From a bacterium (GTDB lineage Bacteria; JADJOY01): a DNA stretch of 64,000 nucleotides. Each line of letters opens with the position of its first letter. Within the stretch, counting starts at the first letter, position 1. The DNA lies in contig JAXLQJ010000014.1 of the NCBI GenBank assembly GCA_046331705.1, positions 1 through 64,000 on the forward strand, given 5' to 3'. This document shows positions 28,302-38,073 of this stretch, piece by piece. Below the pieces are notes generated by a model. It had not been told where the DNA came from. It made no database searches and saw only the letters and a list, made by a program, of their open reading frames with translations. The translations under genes and the position numbers were made by a program.

Positions 28302-29518
28302 GACTCTCCTCCCTCGGTCAGATCGGGCACGACGGGCAACACGTCGATCCGCCCCGCGCGCTCGAGCTCGATCAGGCGGGTCGACAAGAGCAAGAACCCG
28401 CCGATCCCGTAGCTCACGTTGTCCTTGGTGGGGACGATCGCGTAGTACCAAAACGGCCCCGGATTGGTGCCGACACTGGTGCCGCTCAGCACGTAACGTC
28501 CGTCGTCCTCGACGCGAACCCGTCCCAGCAAGCCGGCCAGACCACGCTCGGCTGCATCGATCGCCTCGGTGCCGGCGAAGCCTTCCTGGAAAGCGCGCGC
28601 GAACGCGTACGAGATCATCGCGGAGCCCGCACTCTCGAGGTAGGTGTCGCCGGGGCGGTCGAGCACCGTCCAGTAGAGCCCGGTGGCCGGGTCCTGCGCC
28701 GCGCGCACCGCGCTCGCCTGGCGCGCGAGCCGCGCGAGCACCGGCTCACGGCGGGGATCGCGCTCGGGCAACGCGGCGGCGAGATCGTAGCCCGCCACCA
28801 GCGCCCACGCATTCCCGCGGCCCCAGAACACCTGATCGTCGAGCGGCGGATGATTCTGCTTCGCGAGGTCGTCCCAGCTGTGGGTCCAGAAGCCCGAGCC
28901 GGGATCCTGCAGGTGCCCGGCGAAGATCTCGTACTGGCTCGCCATCAGATCGAGATAGCGCGGCTCACCGGTGCGAAGCCCGGTCTGGATCAGGAACTCG
29001 CCGAACATCACCAACGAGTCCACCCAGAGCTGTTGCTGGAGCACCACGGGCAGGAAGCCGAGATGCGCGATCCCACCATCGGAGATCCGCGGCGCCTTCT
29101 CGAAGAGGTACGTGTCGACGTCGTCGATGATCGGTTGCAGCTCGGTGGCGCCACGGCGCTCGATCAACAGCGACGCCACCGTTCCCGGCGGACAGGAATC
29201 GCTCCAGAAGATCGTGTAGCCGGCTTGCTGATGGGAGTGGAGCCAGTCGAGGGCGTAATCCTCGTAGCGCGCGTCGCGCGTGGCGCGGCTCAGCTCGAGC
29301 ATGCCGAGCATCAAGAGCCCCTCGCCCCAGCTCCAGTCGACGTCGGACGGCTGCTCCTCGCGAATCCAGGTGTCGGCGAGCCCGCGCGCGACGCCGAGGA
29401 GATTGCTCGCCGCGACCGAGTCGCCACCCGTGTCCGAGCCGCACGCGACGCCGCCGAGCGCGATGGCTGCAGCGAAAGCGACGCGAATGCCGATCCTCGA
29501 GAGGCGCGTTCGGCTCAT
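28298..29518 (-). CDS. Glycoside hydrolase family 88/105-like lipoprotein
   Basis: Lipobox GVAC; WSWGEG, QLWVDSLVM, FWGRGNAW, YLESAGSAM, YGIGGFLL; start at ATG 29518. Confidence 0.85.
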   Translation of the reverse strand: MSRTRLSRIGIRVAFAAAIALGGVACGSDTGGDSVAASNLLGVARGLADTWIREEQPSDVDWSWGEGLLMLGMLELSRATRDARYEDYALDWLHSHQQAGYTIFWSDSCPPGTVASLLIERRGATELQPIIDDVDTYLFEKAPRISDGGIAHLGFLPVVLQQQLWVDSLVMFGEFLIQTGLRTGEPRYLDLMASQYEIFAGHLQDPGSGFWTHSWDDLAKQNHPPLDDQVFWGRGNAWALVAGYDLAAALPERDPRREPVLARLARQASAVRAAQDPATGLYWTVLDRPGDTYLESAGSAMISYAFARAFQEGFAGTEAIDAAERGLAGLLGRVRVEDDGRYVLSGTSVGTNPGPFWYYAIVPTKDNVSYGIGGFLLLSTRLIELERAGRIDVLPVVPDLTEGGES

Positions 29519-29559
29519 GACGGGCGTCGAGTATAGCCGCGGGGGAGCGTTCGCCCGGG

Positions 29560-32346
29560 TCACGCCCGCGGCACGCCGAGCACGATGGCGCGCCCGGCTC
29601 GCAACTCGATCGGGACCGCCGCGAATCCCCCGGTCACGGCAACGGTCCGAGGGCGGCCATCGAGCGTGACCGGCCACGAGCCGGATGCTGCGGGCACGCG
29701 CACGTGCAACGTGCGCGTGCCGTCGACGATCGGACGATACGTGATCTCGACGCGCGCGGCGTCCACGTCGAGACGCACCAGCGGGAAGTCGAGGGTGAAC
29801 GCCGCGCGCGGGACGTGGGGATCGACGCGCAGCCCGTCGCCCGTCGGCTCGATCCCGGCGACACGCAGCGCCGCCAGCAGCGCCATGGCGTGCGGATTCT
29901 GGTTGAGCGCCGGGAAATCCGTCATCGGCGTCACGATGCTCGACCAGGTCGCTCCGCTGCCTCTCGACTCGAGCGCGTCCGGCCCGGTCCAGATCCCGAT
30001 CCAGCTCTCGGGAAACGTTTCCGCGCGCGTGAAGAGCGCGTGGTGCTCGAGCGATCGCCAGGCGAGCTCGTCGCTCGCGCGCGTGTAGCCCCAGCTCAGC
30101 AGCTGCGAAACCGCGGGCCACACCTGGCCGCCCGGCCAGAGCGGCGCGCCCACGGGCGAGGGATCGTCGAGGTCCGAGCGGATCGACTCGACGAGGGCTG
30201 CGAGCCGCTCGCCTCGCGCCGCGCCCGCGATCATCGGCCACGGCTGCGCTTCCAGGTCGATCGAGCGCTCGCCCAGGATCACCGGCTGATCGTCGCGATC
30301 CCGCAGCACCGCGCGCGTGTACCAGCTTCCCGCCCACTGGCGATCGAGCGCCGCACCGAGCGACGCCACCGGCGCGCGCAGGCGCTCGGCGAGCGCGGGA
30401 TCGAAAGGTTCCAGCACCTGCGCGGCGAGCGGCAGCACCCAGAGCGCCATGCCGGTGTTCGAGCAGGACTCGCCGTGGGCGAGCGTGTGACCCCAGTTCA
30501 CGCCGTCGTTGCCCGCGGCGATCACGTTCGAGGCCACGACCCCGTCCGACCAATCGCCGTCGCGAACGCGGATCAGCCCATTCTCGCCGGTGCCGACCAC
30601 CTCGAAGAGATGCCGAGCGGCGGCGCGAGCGTGGTCGAGCACGGAGGTCGAGGTGGCACCGGGTGCCAGCTCGCCCGGCCCGCGAAACGGCACGCGTTCG
30701 TCGAGAAAGCCCACGTCGCCGGTGGCGGCGACGTACTCGGAAAGCGCCATCAGGAAGAAGAGGTCGAGGTCCGACGGCAGCTCGTGGACCCCGAGCCCGC
30801 TCGCGAAGCCGTGGCCGCCGAACGTGTAGACGATCTGGCCGTCGGCGGCGCGCGTGAGCCGCATGACGAAGCGCAGGTTCTCGCGCGCCAGATCGGGGCG
30901 GAGATACGTGAGCGGAAGCGCGAAGAGCGATTGATCTCGCGGCGCGCCGTCGATGCCCTGCAGATAGAGGTACGCCGAGCCTTGGACCGTCACGTGCGTG
31001 CCGTAGTAGCCGTGATACGCGGTCGCGGCGGGCAGCGCCGCCGAGTGCCAGGCGATCTCGCGAGCGAGCGCCGCGTCCTCGCCGGTCGAGAGGAAGCCGA
31101 GCTCGGCGCGGCGCTGGGCCTGGCTGCGGGCGAATGCGTCGGCGCGGCGCGCGGGCTCGACCAGCGCGCGCAGCGACCGGCCGGGCGCGATCGAGCCGTA
31201 CGCGAATCGCAGCGTGTGGCTCGCGCCGGGCTCGAGAACGACGTCGTGTCGCAGCACCAGACAGAGCGGCTGACCCGCGGCGCTTCGTTGGCCGACGACA
31301 CCGCCCGCGCTTCCCGCCACCACCGCGTCCGGCCGCGCCGCTCCACCGCTGCCGAAGAAGCTCGCTTGATCGGTGAAGCGCGCGCTGGAACCGCCGCCCA
31401 GGTCGGCGAGAAACACGTCGTCGGGGTACCAATCGACGGTCGAGATCGCATCCGGCGCGAGCGGCGCCGGGCCGTTGCTCTGCGTCGACACGCGCAGCGC
31501 CTCGTCGCGAGGATCCCACGTGACCGCCTGGACGAAGTCGTCGCCGAGGTCGTTCCGGTAGCCGTCGCCGATCTCACCCAGCACGCCGGTCATCGACGGC
31601 AGCGGCACGAGCTGGTGCAGGTTCACGTCCCAGAACTCGTAGTGCGCGACCGAACGTCGTTCCTTCCCGTCGTTGCGGAGGGTGACCTCGCTCACCACCA
31701 GCGGATCGTCGCCGGCAGGCGCGAACACACGTCGCTCCGCGACGATGCCACGGTGCGCGAGCGACGTCTCGAGATAGCCGACGCCGAAGACCCGGCGGGT
31801 CACGGCGTCGGCGGGCCGGTGGCGATACGCGGTCGACCACGCGGCCTCGCCGTCGGCGAGGTAGCCGAAGCCCCCAGCGAAGTTCCCGTGCTCCGGATCG
31901 AAGCGGTCGAGCAACGTCGGGGCGCGATCGGAGCCGTAGACTTCCACGTGACCGTCGTTGAAGCCGAGCGCGTTGATCCGGTCGTTGCCGAAGTTGAAGA
32001 CGTGGTCGCGGCGGTCGCGTCCGCGCGAATCCGGGAAACGGGCGCGCTCGTCGACCTGCGGATCGAGTGTGTATTCGTAGGCGGGGAGACCGTCCGCGTC
32101 GAGGATCCAGCGGCCGAAGATCCCGCTGCCGCGGTCGCTATCGACCAGCGAGGGCGCTTCGCGAGGTGGCGATGCGGTCGCGCCGGCACCACACCCGAGC
32201 GCGACGGCCAGCGCCGCGAAGCGCCACCGCGTCGACGCGAAACCCCAGGAAAGTCCTCGGGTCCAGCGACGATCCGAGCGCCTCGCTGGCGTCGCGAGCG
32301 GCGGCGCCGCCTCGAACCGGCCGGTGGGACGCCGCCGTTCGCTCAT
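29560..32346 (-). CDS. GH94-like (glycoside phosphorylase fold) protein with predicted lipoprotein signal
   Basis: PRDQSLF, SDLDLFFLMALSEYVAATGD.GFLDE.VPF, GLIRVRDGDWSDG, GES; N-terminal ALAVALGC. Confidence 0.7.
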   Translation of the reverse strand: MSERRRPTGRFEAAPPLATPARRSDRRWTRGLSWGFASTRWRFAALAVALGCGAGATASPPREAPSLVDSDRGSGIFGRWILDADGLPAYEYTLDPQVDERARFPDSRGRDRRDHVFNFGNDRINALGFNDGHVEVYGSDRAPTLLDRFDPEHGNFAGGFGYLADGEAAWSTAYRHRPADAVTRRVFGVGYLETSLAHRGIVAERRVFAPAGDDPLVVSEVTLRNDGKERRSVAHYEFWDVNLHQLVPLPSMTGVLGEIGDGYRNDLGDDFVQAVTWDPRDEALRVSTQSNGPAPLAPDAISTVDWYPDDVFLADLGGGSSARFTDQASFFGSGGAARPDAVVAGSAGGVVGQRSAAGQPLCLVLRHDVVLEPGASHTLRFAYGSIAPGRSLRALVEPARRADAFARSQAQRRAELGFLSTGEDAALAREIAWHSAALPAATAYHGYYGTHVTVQGSAYLYLQGIDGAPRDQSLFALPLTYLRPDLARENLRFVMRLTRAADGQIVYTFGGHGFASGLGVHELPSDLDLFFLMALSEYVAATGDVGFLDERVPFRGPGELAPGATSTSVLDHARAAARHLFEVVGTGENGLIRVRDGDWSDGVVASNVIAAGNDGVNWGHTLAHGESCSNTGMALWVLPLAAQVLEPFDPALAERLRAPVASLGAALDRQWAGSWYTRAVLRDRDDQPVILGERSIDLEAQPWPMIAGAARGERLAALVESIRSDLDDPSPVGAPLWPGGQVWPAVSQLLSWGYTRASDELAWRSLEHHALFTRAETFPESWIGIWTGPDALESRGSGATWSSIVTPMTDFPALNQNPHAMALLAALRVAGIEPTGDGLRVDPHVPRAAFTLDFPLVRLDVDAARVEITYRPIVDGTRTLHVRVPAASGSWPVTLDGRPRTVAVTGGFAAVPIELRAGRAIVLGVPRA

Positions 32347-32371
32347 GCGTCCGTTCGCGTCGGGTGATGGC

Positions 32372-32785
32372 TCAGCGTGCCTTCTTGCCGAGGCTGAGGA
32401 TCCGATCGAATTGGGGCTTGGTCACCGGCGCCACCGAGAGCCGTGACTGGCGCACGATCGCCATCTCCCCGAGGAGCGGATCGGCCTTGATGACGTCCAG
32501 GGTCACGGGAAACGCGAGCGCTTGGTGCGGGACCACCTCCACCACCGACCAATCGCCTTCCTTCGCTGTCGGGTCGGGATACGCCTCGCGAACCACACGC
32601 GCCACGCCCACGACTCGGCGTTCGCTCACCGAATGGTAGAAGAGCGCCAGATCGCCCACCTTCATCGCCCGCAGGTTGTTGCGCGCCTGGAAGTTGCGAA
32701 CCCCGTCCCACACGCCGCGCTTCTGGCGGACCAGCTCGTCCCAGGAATAGGCGTCCGGCTCGCTCTTGAGCAACCAGTGGTTCAT
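32372..32785 (-). CDS. EVE domain protein
   Basis: MNHWLLKSEPDAYSW, WDGVRNFQARNNLRAMKVGD, FYHS, RLSVAPV. Confidence 0.93.
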   Translation of the reverse strand: MNHWLLKSEPDAYSWDELVRQKRGVWDGVRNFQARNNLRAMKVGDLALFYHSVSERRVVGVARVVREAYPDPTAKEGDWSVVEVVPHQALAFPVTLDVIKADPLLGEMAIVRQSRLSVAPVTKPQFDRILSLGKKAR

Positions 32786-34086
32786 GTCGTGGCCTTGTCC
32801 TCGGTGGCGCCGGGAGTGGGGCTCGGCGAGGTGACGCGCACGATCTCCACGCGCTTCACGCGGCGCTCGTCGGCTTCGCGCACGTGGAACTCGAAGCCGT
32901 CCCAACGAACCTGCGTTCCCGCGGAGGGCAACCGCCCCGCTTGTGCGATCAGGAAGCCCCCCAGCGTCTCGTAGCTGCCGGCATCGGGGAACTCGGTGCC
33001 GAGCTTCTCGCCCAGGTCGTAGATCGAGAGCCGCCCGTCGGCGAGCACGTGGCCGTCGGGAAGCACGCGGAACTGCGCCTCCTCGTCGTCGTGCTCGTCC
33101 TGGATCTCGCCCACGATCTCCTCGATCACGTTCTCGAGGGTGACGATGCCGCTGGTGCCGCCGAACTCGTCCACGACGATCGCCATGTGGGTCTTGCGGC
33201 GCTGGAACTCCTTCAAGAGATTCGCGATCGGCATCAGCTCCGGCGCGAAGAACGCCTTGCGCATGAGCTTGGCGGTGGACGCGGCGTCCGGCCCGTCGGC
33301 GCGGTGCTTGATGAGGTCCTTGGTGTGCAGGATGCCGATGACGTTGTCGATCGTCTCGTCGTAGACGGGGATGCGCGACAGGCCGGAGCTGGCCACCAGC
33401 TCCATCAGCTCTTCCGCCGTGGCGTCCTTGCGGATCGCCACCATCTCGGTGCGCGGCACCATGATCTCGCGCACCACGGTGTCGCCGAACTCGAACACCG
33501 ACGCCAGCATCTCGCGCTCGTCGCGGTGCAGCACGCCTTCCTCGTGACCGAGATCGATCAGGTACGCGATGTCCTCCTCGGTCACGAACGGACCGGTGCG
33601 CGACACCTGATGGCCCGTCGCCGTCACGATCGCCCGCGACAGGTAGGTGAGCAGCCACACCACGGGAAAGAGCGCCCACACCAGGATCCGCACCACGCGC
33701 AACGCCGGCGGGGCCACTTGCTCGGCGTTGTGCTTGGCGAAGGTCTTGGGCGAGATCTCGCCGAAGGTGAGCAGGAGAAACGACGACACGAACGTGGCGA
33801 TGGCCACGACCCGGCTCTCGCTGAACCGCGCGGTGATGGCGGTGACCAGCGCCGCCGTGAGCGTGTTCACCACGGTGTTGCCGATGAGCAGCGTGGTCAG
33901 CACCCGATTCGGCTGCTCGGTCCACAGCGCCAGCGACTGGAAGCGCTTCTCGCCCGAGTCGAGGAGCTGGCGCGCGCGACGCTCGGAGATGGCCGTCACC
34001 GCCGTCTCGGACGCCGAGAAGAACGCGGCGCCCAGGATGCAGGCGACGATCAAGAGGAGATCGACGACGATGGAGGGCTCGTTCAT
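32782..34086 (-). CDS. CNNM/hemolysin-family protein (DUF21-CBS-CBS-CorC)
   Basis: AFFSASETA, LIGNTVVN, FGEISPK, VREIMVPR, SRIPVY, VVDEFGGTSGIVTLE, YETLGGF; start at ATG 34086. Confidence 0.92.
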   Translation of the reverse strand: MNEPSIVVDLLLIVACILGAAFFSASETAVTAISERRARQLLDSGEKRFQSLALWTEQPNRVLTTLLIGNTVVNTLTAALVTAITARFSESRVVAIATFVSSFLLLTFGEISPKTFAKHNAEQVAPPALRVVRILVWALFPVVWLLTYLSRAIVTATGHQVSRTGPFVTEEDIAYLIDLGHEEGVLHRDEREMLASVFEFGDTVVREIMVPRTEMVAIRKDATAEELMELVASSGLSRIPVYDETIDNVIGILHTKDLIKHRADGPDAASTAKLMRKAFFAPELMPIANLLKEFQRRKTHMAIVVDEFGGTSGIVTLENVIEEIVGEIQDEHDDEEAQFRVLPDGHVLADGRLSIYDLGEKLGTEFPDAGSYETLGGFLIAQAGRLPSAGTQVRWDGFEFHVREADERRVKRVEIVRVTSPSPTPGATEDKATT

Positions 34087-35816
34087 GGCGTCAGGTGGAG
34101 GCGCACGCCGGCGCCAGCGTCCGCGACGCGGACCCAGGTGATGCCCGCGGCGTCGCGGGTCCAGGTGCGAGCGGCGGAAGCGAGCTCGGCGACCGTGGCG
34201 ACCGGAACGGGAGCGGGGCCGAAGTCTTCGCGGATCTGCGTCGCGACCGGCCCACCGCGCACCCGCCACAACAGCGCGCGGCCGTTGGGCGAGGACTCGA
34301 GCGCGAGCCCGGAGCCTTCGGCGCGCCACGCCACGCGCACCCCGGTGCCGTGCTCCTCGTAGACGTCGACGGTCTTGCCGCCGCTGGCGAGCGGATACGC
34401 GGCGAGGGTGAGGTGCCCCGCGGCGAACGCATCGCCGTGGCCGGTGGCTGCATCGAGCACGTCGAGCGGCACGATCGCGCCTTCGCGTACGAACACCGGG
34501 AAGCGTGCGAGCGCAACCGAGAGCGTCGCCGTGGTGCCGCCGTCGTAGACCAGCGACTCGTCGAGCCAGTCGCGCCATCGGCCGATCGGGAACGTCACCG
34601 CGCGCGTCGGCCCCGCCTCGGTGATCGGTGCGACGAAGAGGTCCTCGCCGAGCAGATACGAGTTGTCGTAGCTCTGGAAGCGCATGAGCGAGATGCCCTG
34701 CTTCCACGCCTTGGCGCCGAGGCTGTAGAGGAACGGCACCAGCTCGTGATGGAGCTTCACGAACCTCCGATAGATGCCTTCGACCTCGGCACCGTACGTC
34801 CACGGGCGGTGCTCGCCGCCACCGCCGTTCTCCATGATGGGATTGAGCGCGCCGAGCTGCGCCCAGCGCACGAACAGCTCGGGATCGATCGCGCCGTCGG
34901 CGCGGAAGCCGCCGATGTCGGAACCGAAGTTCACGTAGTCGAGGTTCGAGGACGCGACCATGTTGGCGAGCGCCGCGCGCAAGCCGGCGAACGTCGAGTC
35001 CTGGTCGCCCACCCAGCCCGCGAAGTTCACGTCCCGCGGCGCGAACGGCACGGGCAGCGGCACGCCGACGTAGCTATCGCTGGGGCGCGCCAGAATCACG
35101 CGATCGGGGCCGAGCTGGTCGCGCGTGAACGCGAAGAAGTCGCGATAGTACGCGTCGCGATACTGGTCCCAGGTGACGGGCCCGCCCACGCCGCTGGCGC
35201 CACCGGGCACCAGCAGCACCAGCGGATCGGTGGCGTCGCATTTCCAGCCGTCGATGCCGAGCGCGAGGATGCTCTGCATCCGCCCGTGCCACCACGCCAC
35301 GGCGGCCGGGTTGGTGTAGTCGAGCAGCGCGCCGCGCCCGCCCCACCAATCGACCAGCGCCCCGTTGCTCAGGAAGTAGCCGTTCGCGAGCGCCTCGGGA
35401 AACGTGGCGGCGTTCTCGTTGATGACGCTCACGATCCACATCAGCGCCCGCACGTCGCGGGAATGCAGATCGGCGACGAGCTGGCCGAGATCGGGATAAC
35501 GAGCGGGATCGGGCTCGAAGGCGACCGGCTGGACTTCCCAGGGACGGTCGATCACCTGAGCGCCGACGGGAATATCTCGCGACAGGTAGCCGTCGGTGAG
35601 CGCGAGCGCGCTCGCCTGGTCGCCTTCGTTCTCCCAGACCCAATGCCGGAGCACCCACTCCGGCCACGGCGGAGGGCTGAGGTTGGCGGGCGGAATCGGC
35701 GTGGGCGGGCAGCCGCTCGCATTCACGAATGCGAGGGGTGCGAGAACGATGAGCAGGATCGGTGCGAGCGAGAGAGCGCGGCGATGCCGCCGACGCTGAG
35801 GAGGGTCATCCCCCAT
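34083..35816 (-). CDS. Glycoside hydrolase family 31, secreted/lipoprotein
   Basis: IDRPW, LLDYTNPAAVAWW, GIDGWKCD (nucleophile), WVGDQ (acid/base), GSDIGGF, ELFVRWAQLG; signal with ASGC. Confidence 0.88.
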   Translation of the reverse strand: MGDDPPQRRRHRRALSLAPILLIVLAPLAFVNASGCPPTPIPPANLSPPPWPEWVLRHWVWENEGDQASALALTDGYLSRDIPVGAQVIDRPWEVQPVAFEPDPARYPDLGQLVADLHSRDVRALMWIVSVINENAATFPEALANGYFLSNGALVDWWGGRGALLDYTNPAAVAWWHGRMQSILALGIDGWKCDATDPLVLLVPGGASGVGGPVTWDQYRDAYYRDFFAFTRDQLGPDRVILARPSDSYVGVPLPVPFAPRDVNFAGWVGDQDSTFAGLRAALANMVASSNLDYVNFGSDIGGFRADGAIDPELFVRWAQLGALNPIMENGGGGEHRPWTYGAEVEGIYRRFVKLHHELVPFLYSLGAKAWKQGISLMRFQSYDNSYLLGEDLFVAPITEAGPTRAVTFPIGRWRDWLDESLVYDGGTTATLSVALARFPVFVREGAIVPLDVLDAATGHGDAFAAGHLTLAAYPLASGGKTVDVYEEHGTGVRVAWRAEGSGLALESSPNGRALLWRVRGGPVATQIREDFGPAPVPVATVAELASAARTWTRDAAGITWVRVADAGAGVRLHLTP

Positions 35817-35931
35817 GGTATGGCCTCACGGATGGCGCGGGGCACGAGCGGCGTCGAGCGACACGACCGACCGGCGCCCAGCGTGTCGATAGGCCATCGA
35901 GGCTACCGCAGGGCCCCGCCACGGGGGAAGC

Positions 35932-37512
35932 TCAGCCCGGGTAGGAATCGAGCCCATCGCCGCGGAACGCGGCCAGTATCCGATCCTTGTCACCGGAGCG
36001 CAGCGCCGTGACCAGCGCGCGATAGGCACCGGGCGCGTTGTCGCCGAGCGCGTCCACGCCGAGCCGCTTGGCGCCGTTCGCGTAATCGACGGCGAACAGC
36101 CCGAAGCGGGGCTCGAAGCTGCCCCACTCGTAGTTGTCGGTGATCGTCCAATGGCAGAACGCTTTCACGTTGACGCCATCGGCGAGCGCGCGAAGCAGCT
36201 GGTAGAGATGGCCGCGCAGACCGTCGATGCGCCGCGCGCCGTCCGCGCGGGGCACGCCCTGGGCGGTCTTGCCGCGAATGCCGAAGCCGTTCTCCAGCAC
36301 CATGAGCGGCAAGCCGTGGTTGGGCGCCCCGTACGCTCGCAAGAAGTCGTAGAAGCACGCGGGATTGCTGGTCCAATCCCACGGATCGCGCCGGATCTTG
36401 AGCCCGCCGGCGATGCCCAGGTAGTTCGAGGGATACGGGTCGTAGTAGTCGAACGACACCGCGTCGAGCAGCCGCGGCTCGTGGTAGTCCTCGAACACCG
36501 AGTGCAACACCCGCGGCATCGTCTCCAGGTTGAGGCGCTTCCACACGAACCGATCGACGAACGCGTCGGCGGCGCGGCGAGCCGCGTCGTTGTCGCGAGG
36601 CTGACGGGTGCGCGACACCTGCTCGTTGAAGCGCGCGCGACACTCGGCCAGGTACGGCCGCACCTGCTCCTTCTTGAGACCGAGGGTGCGCGCCACCATC
36701 AGGTCTTGCGCCATCTTGTCGATCGAGTAGACGCGCGCCGCCCACGAGTTGAAGGTGACGCAGGGCCGTTCCCACTTCTTCCCGGCGCTGATCGCGTGGA
36801 TGCCCCGGTACGCGAGGATGTGCCCGATGAGGATGTTCTCGTAGGCGAGCCGTGCCGCGGCCAGGCTCGAGCGCGTGGCGTGGGTGGGCATCATCCGGAA
36901 GAGATAGGTGCCGGCCGCGAGCATGAAGGGCTCGTTCAGCGTCACCCAGTACTTGACCGGCGGCTGGCCGAACTTGTCGACCAGCCGGTTGTTGATGCTC
37001 TCGATGGTGAAGTTGACGTAGGGGATGAAGAGATCCTCGACCTTGGGACCCTCGAGCCAGAAGTCGTTGCCCACCCACAGCGGGGTGGTGAAGTGGAGCA
37101 ACGTGAGGATCGGCTCGAGGCCGCGCTTGCGCGCCTCGACGATCATGTCGGCGTACGCGTCGAAAGCGGCTTCGTCGAAATCGGGCGGGCTGGTGTGGCG
37201 GCGGCTCGGGTCCGACGAGGGCTGCACGCGTGCCCACTCGATCCCCATGCGGAACGCGTTGAGCCCCATCCATTGGGCGCGATCGAAGTCCTGGCGGTAC
37301 TGGCTCCAGAAATCGGACGCCTTGCCGGTCGCGTCGCGGCCGTTCTTGCCCTCCCAGCCGTACCAGTTGTTCTTGGGGTCGCGCTCGCCGTTGAACCCGC
37401 CCTCCGCCTGGTAGCCCGCGGTGGCGACGCCCCACAGGAAATCGGGTGGAACGCTGGCCTTGCTCACGACCTCGACGAGCTGGTCTTGGCTGTACGGAAG
37501 CTGGAACGGCAT
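35932..37512 (-). CDS. Glycoside hydrolase family 1
   Basis: FLWGVATAGYQAEG, TLLHFTTP, TLNEP (acid/base), LENG (nucleophile), DNYEWGSFEPRFGL. Confidence 0.92.
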   Translation of the reverse strand: MPFQLPYSQDQLVEVVSKASVPPDFLWGVATAGYQAEGGFNGERDPKNNWYGWEGKNGRDATGKASDFWSQYRQDFDRAQWMGLNAFRMGIEWARVQPSSDPSRRHTSPPDFDEAAFDAYADMIVEARKRGLEPILTLLHFTTPLWVGNDFWLEGPKVEDLFIPYVNFTIESINNRLVDKFGQPPVKYWVTLNEPFMLAAGTYLFRMMPTHATRSSLAAARLAYENILIGHILAYRGIHAISAGKKWERPCVTFNSWAARVYSIDKMAQDLMVARTLGLKKEQVRPYLAECRARFNEQVSRTRQPRDNDAARRAADAFVDRFVWKRLNLETMPRVLHSVFEDYHEPRLLDAVSFDYYDPYPSNYLGIAGGLKIRRDPWDWTSNPACFYDFLRAYGAPNHGLPLMVLENGFGIRGKTAQGVPRADGARRIDGLRGHLYQLLRALADGVNVKAFCHWTITDNYEWGSFEPRFGLFAVDYANGAKRLGVDALGDNAPGAYRALVTALRSGDKDRILAAFRGDGLDSYPG

Positions 37513-37599
37513 GAATCCTCCCCACGGGACGACGAAACGCGAACCGCTCGGGATACCCGTCCCGGGGACCGCGCTGCAAGGGTGCGGACGCGGTGGAGG

Positions 37600-38046
37600 T
37601 CAACCGACGACGAGGCCGGCCCGCGCCGAATCCGCGTCGTACGTGGTGATCTCGTAGGGATTGCCCCAGGGGTCCGTGAAATAGATCGAGAACGCCTCGC
37701 CGTGGTCGACGGCGCTGGCGCGGGTCACGGGCTCGCCGTGGCGATCCACGAGCGCACGAGCCTCGATCGTGCGCACGAAACCCACGAACGCGTCCGCGTC
37801 CACCCGGAACGCGATCACGCGCTTCCGTTCGTGCACGGCGGGCGCGCTGCCCTCGAAGAGCGCGATCCCCGAGCGGCCGCCGTCGGCGGAGACCGTGAGC
37901 GGTCCGCCATCGGCCGCCCAATGCGCGTGCTCGGCCACCACCTCGAGGCCCAGCACGTCGCGATACCACGCGGCCGCTCGCTCCCGGTCGGGCACGAAGA
38001 CGTGCGCGTGATCCAGCGAACCCGCTCGAAAGCGCGACTCAGCCAC
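37600..38046 (-). CDS. VOC/glyoxalase family protein
   Basis: LDHAHVFVPD..WYRDVLGL, SIYFTDPWGNPYEI. Confidence 0.88.
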   Translation of the reverse strand: MAESRFRAGSLDHAHVFVPDRERAAAWYRDVLGLEVVAEHAHWAADGGPLTVSADGGRSGIALFEGSAPAVHERKRVIAFRVDADAFVGFVRTIEARALVDRHGEPVTRASAVDHGEAFSIYFTDPWGNPYEITTYDADSARAGLVVG

Positions 38047-38073
38047 GACGATCCATCCGCGCTGCGGCGACCG

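Noticed and set aside
9193-32367. Very long antisense or alternative-frame ORFs (e.g. 9193..12360, 15228..18587, 18322..20940, 29704..32367)
   Set aside because: Shadow ORFs expected at this GC content; they overlap well-supported genes and lack motifs
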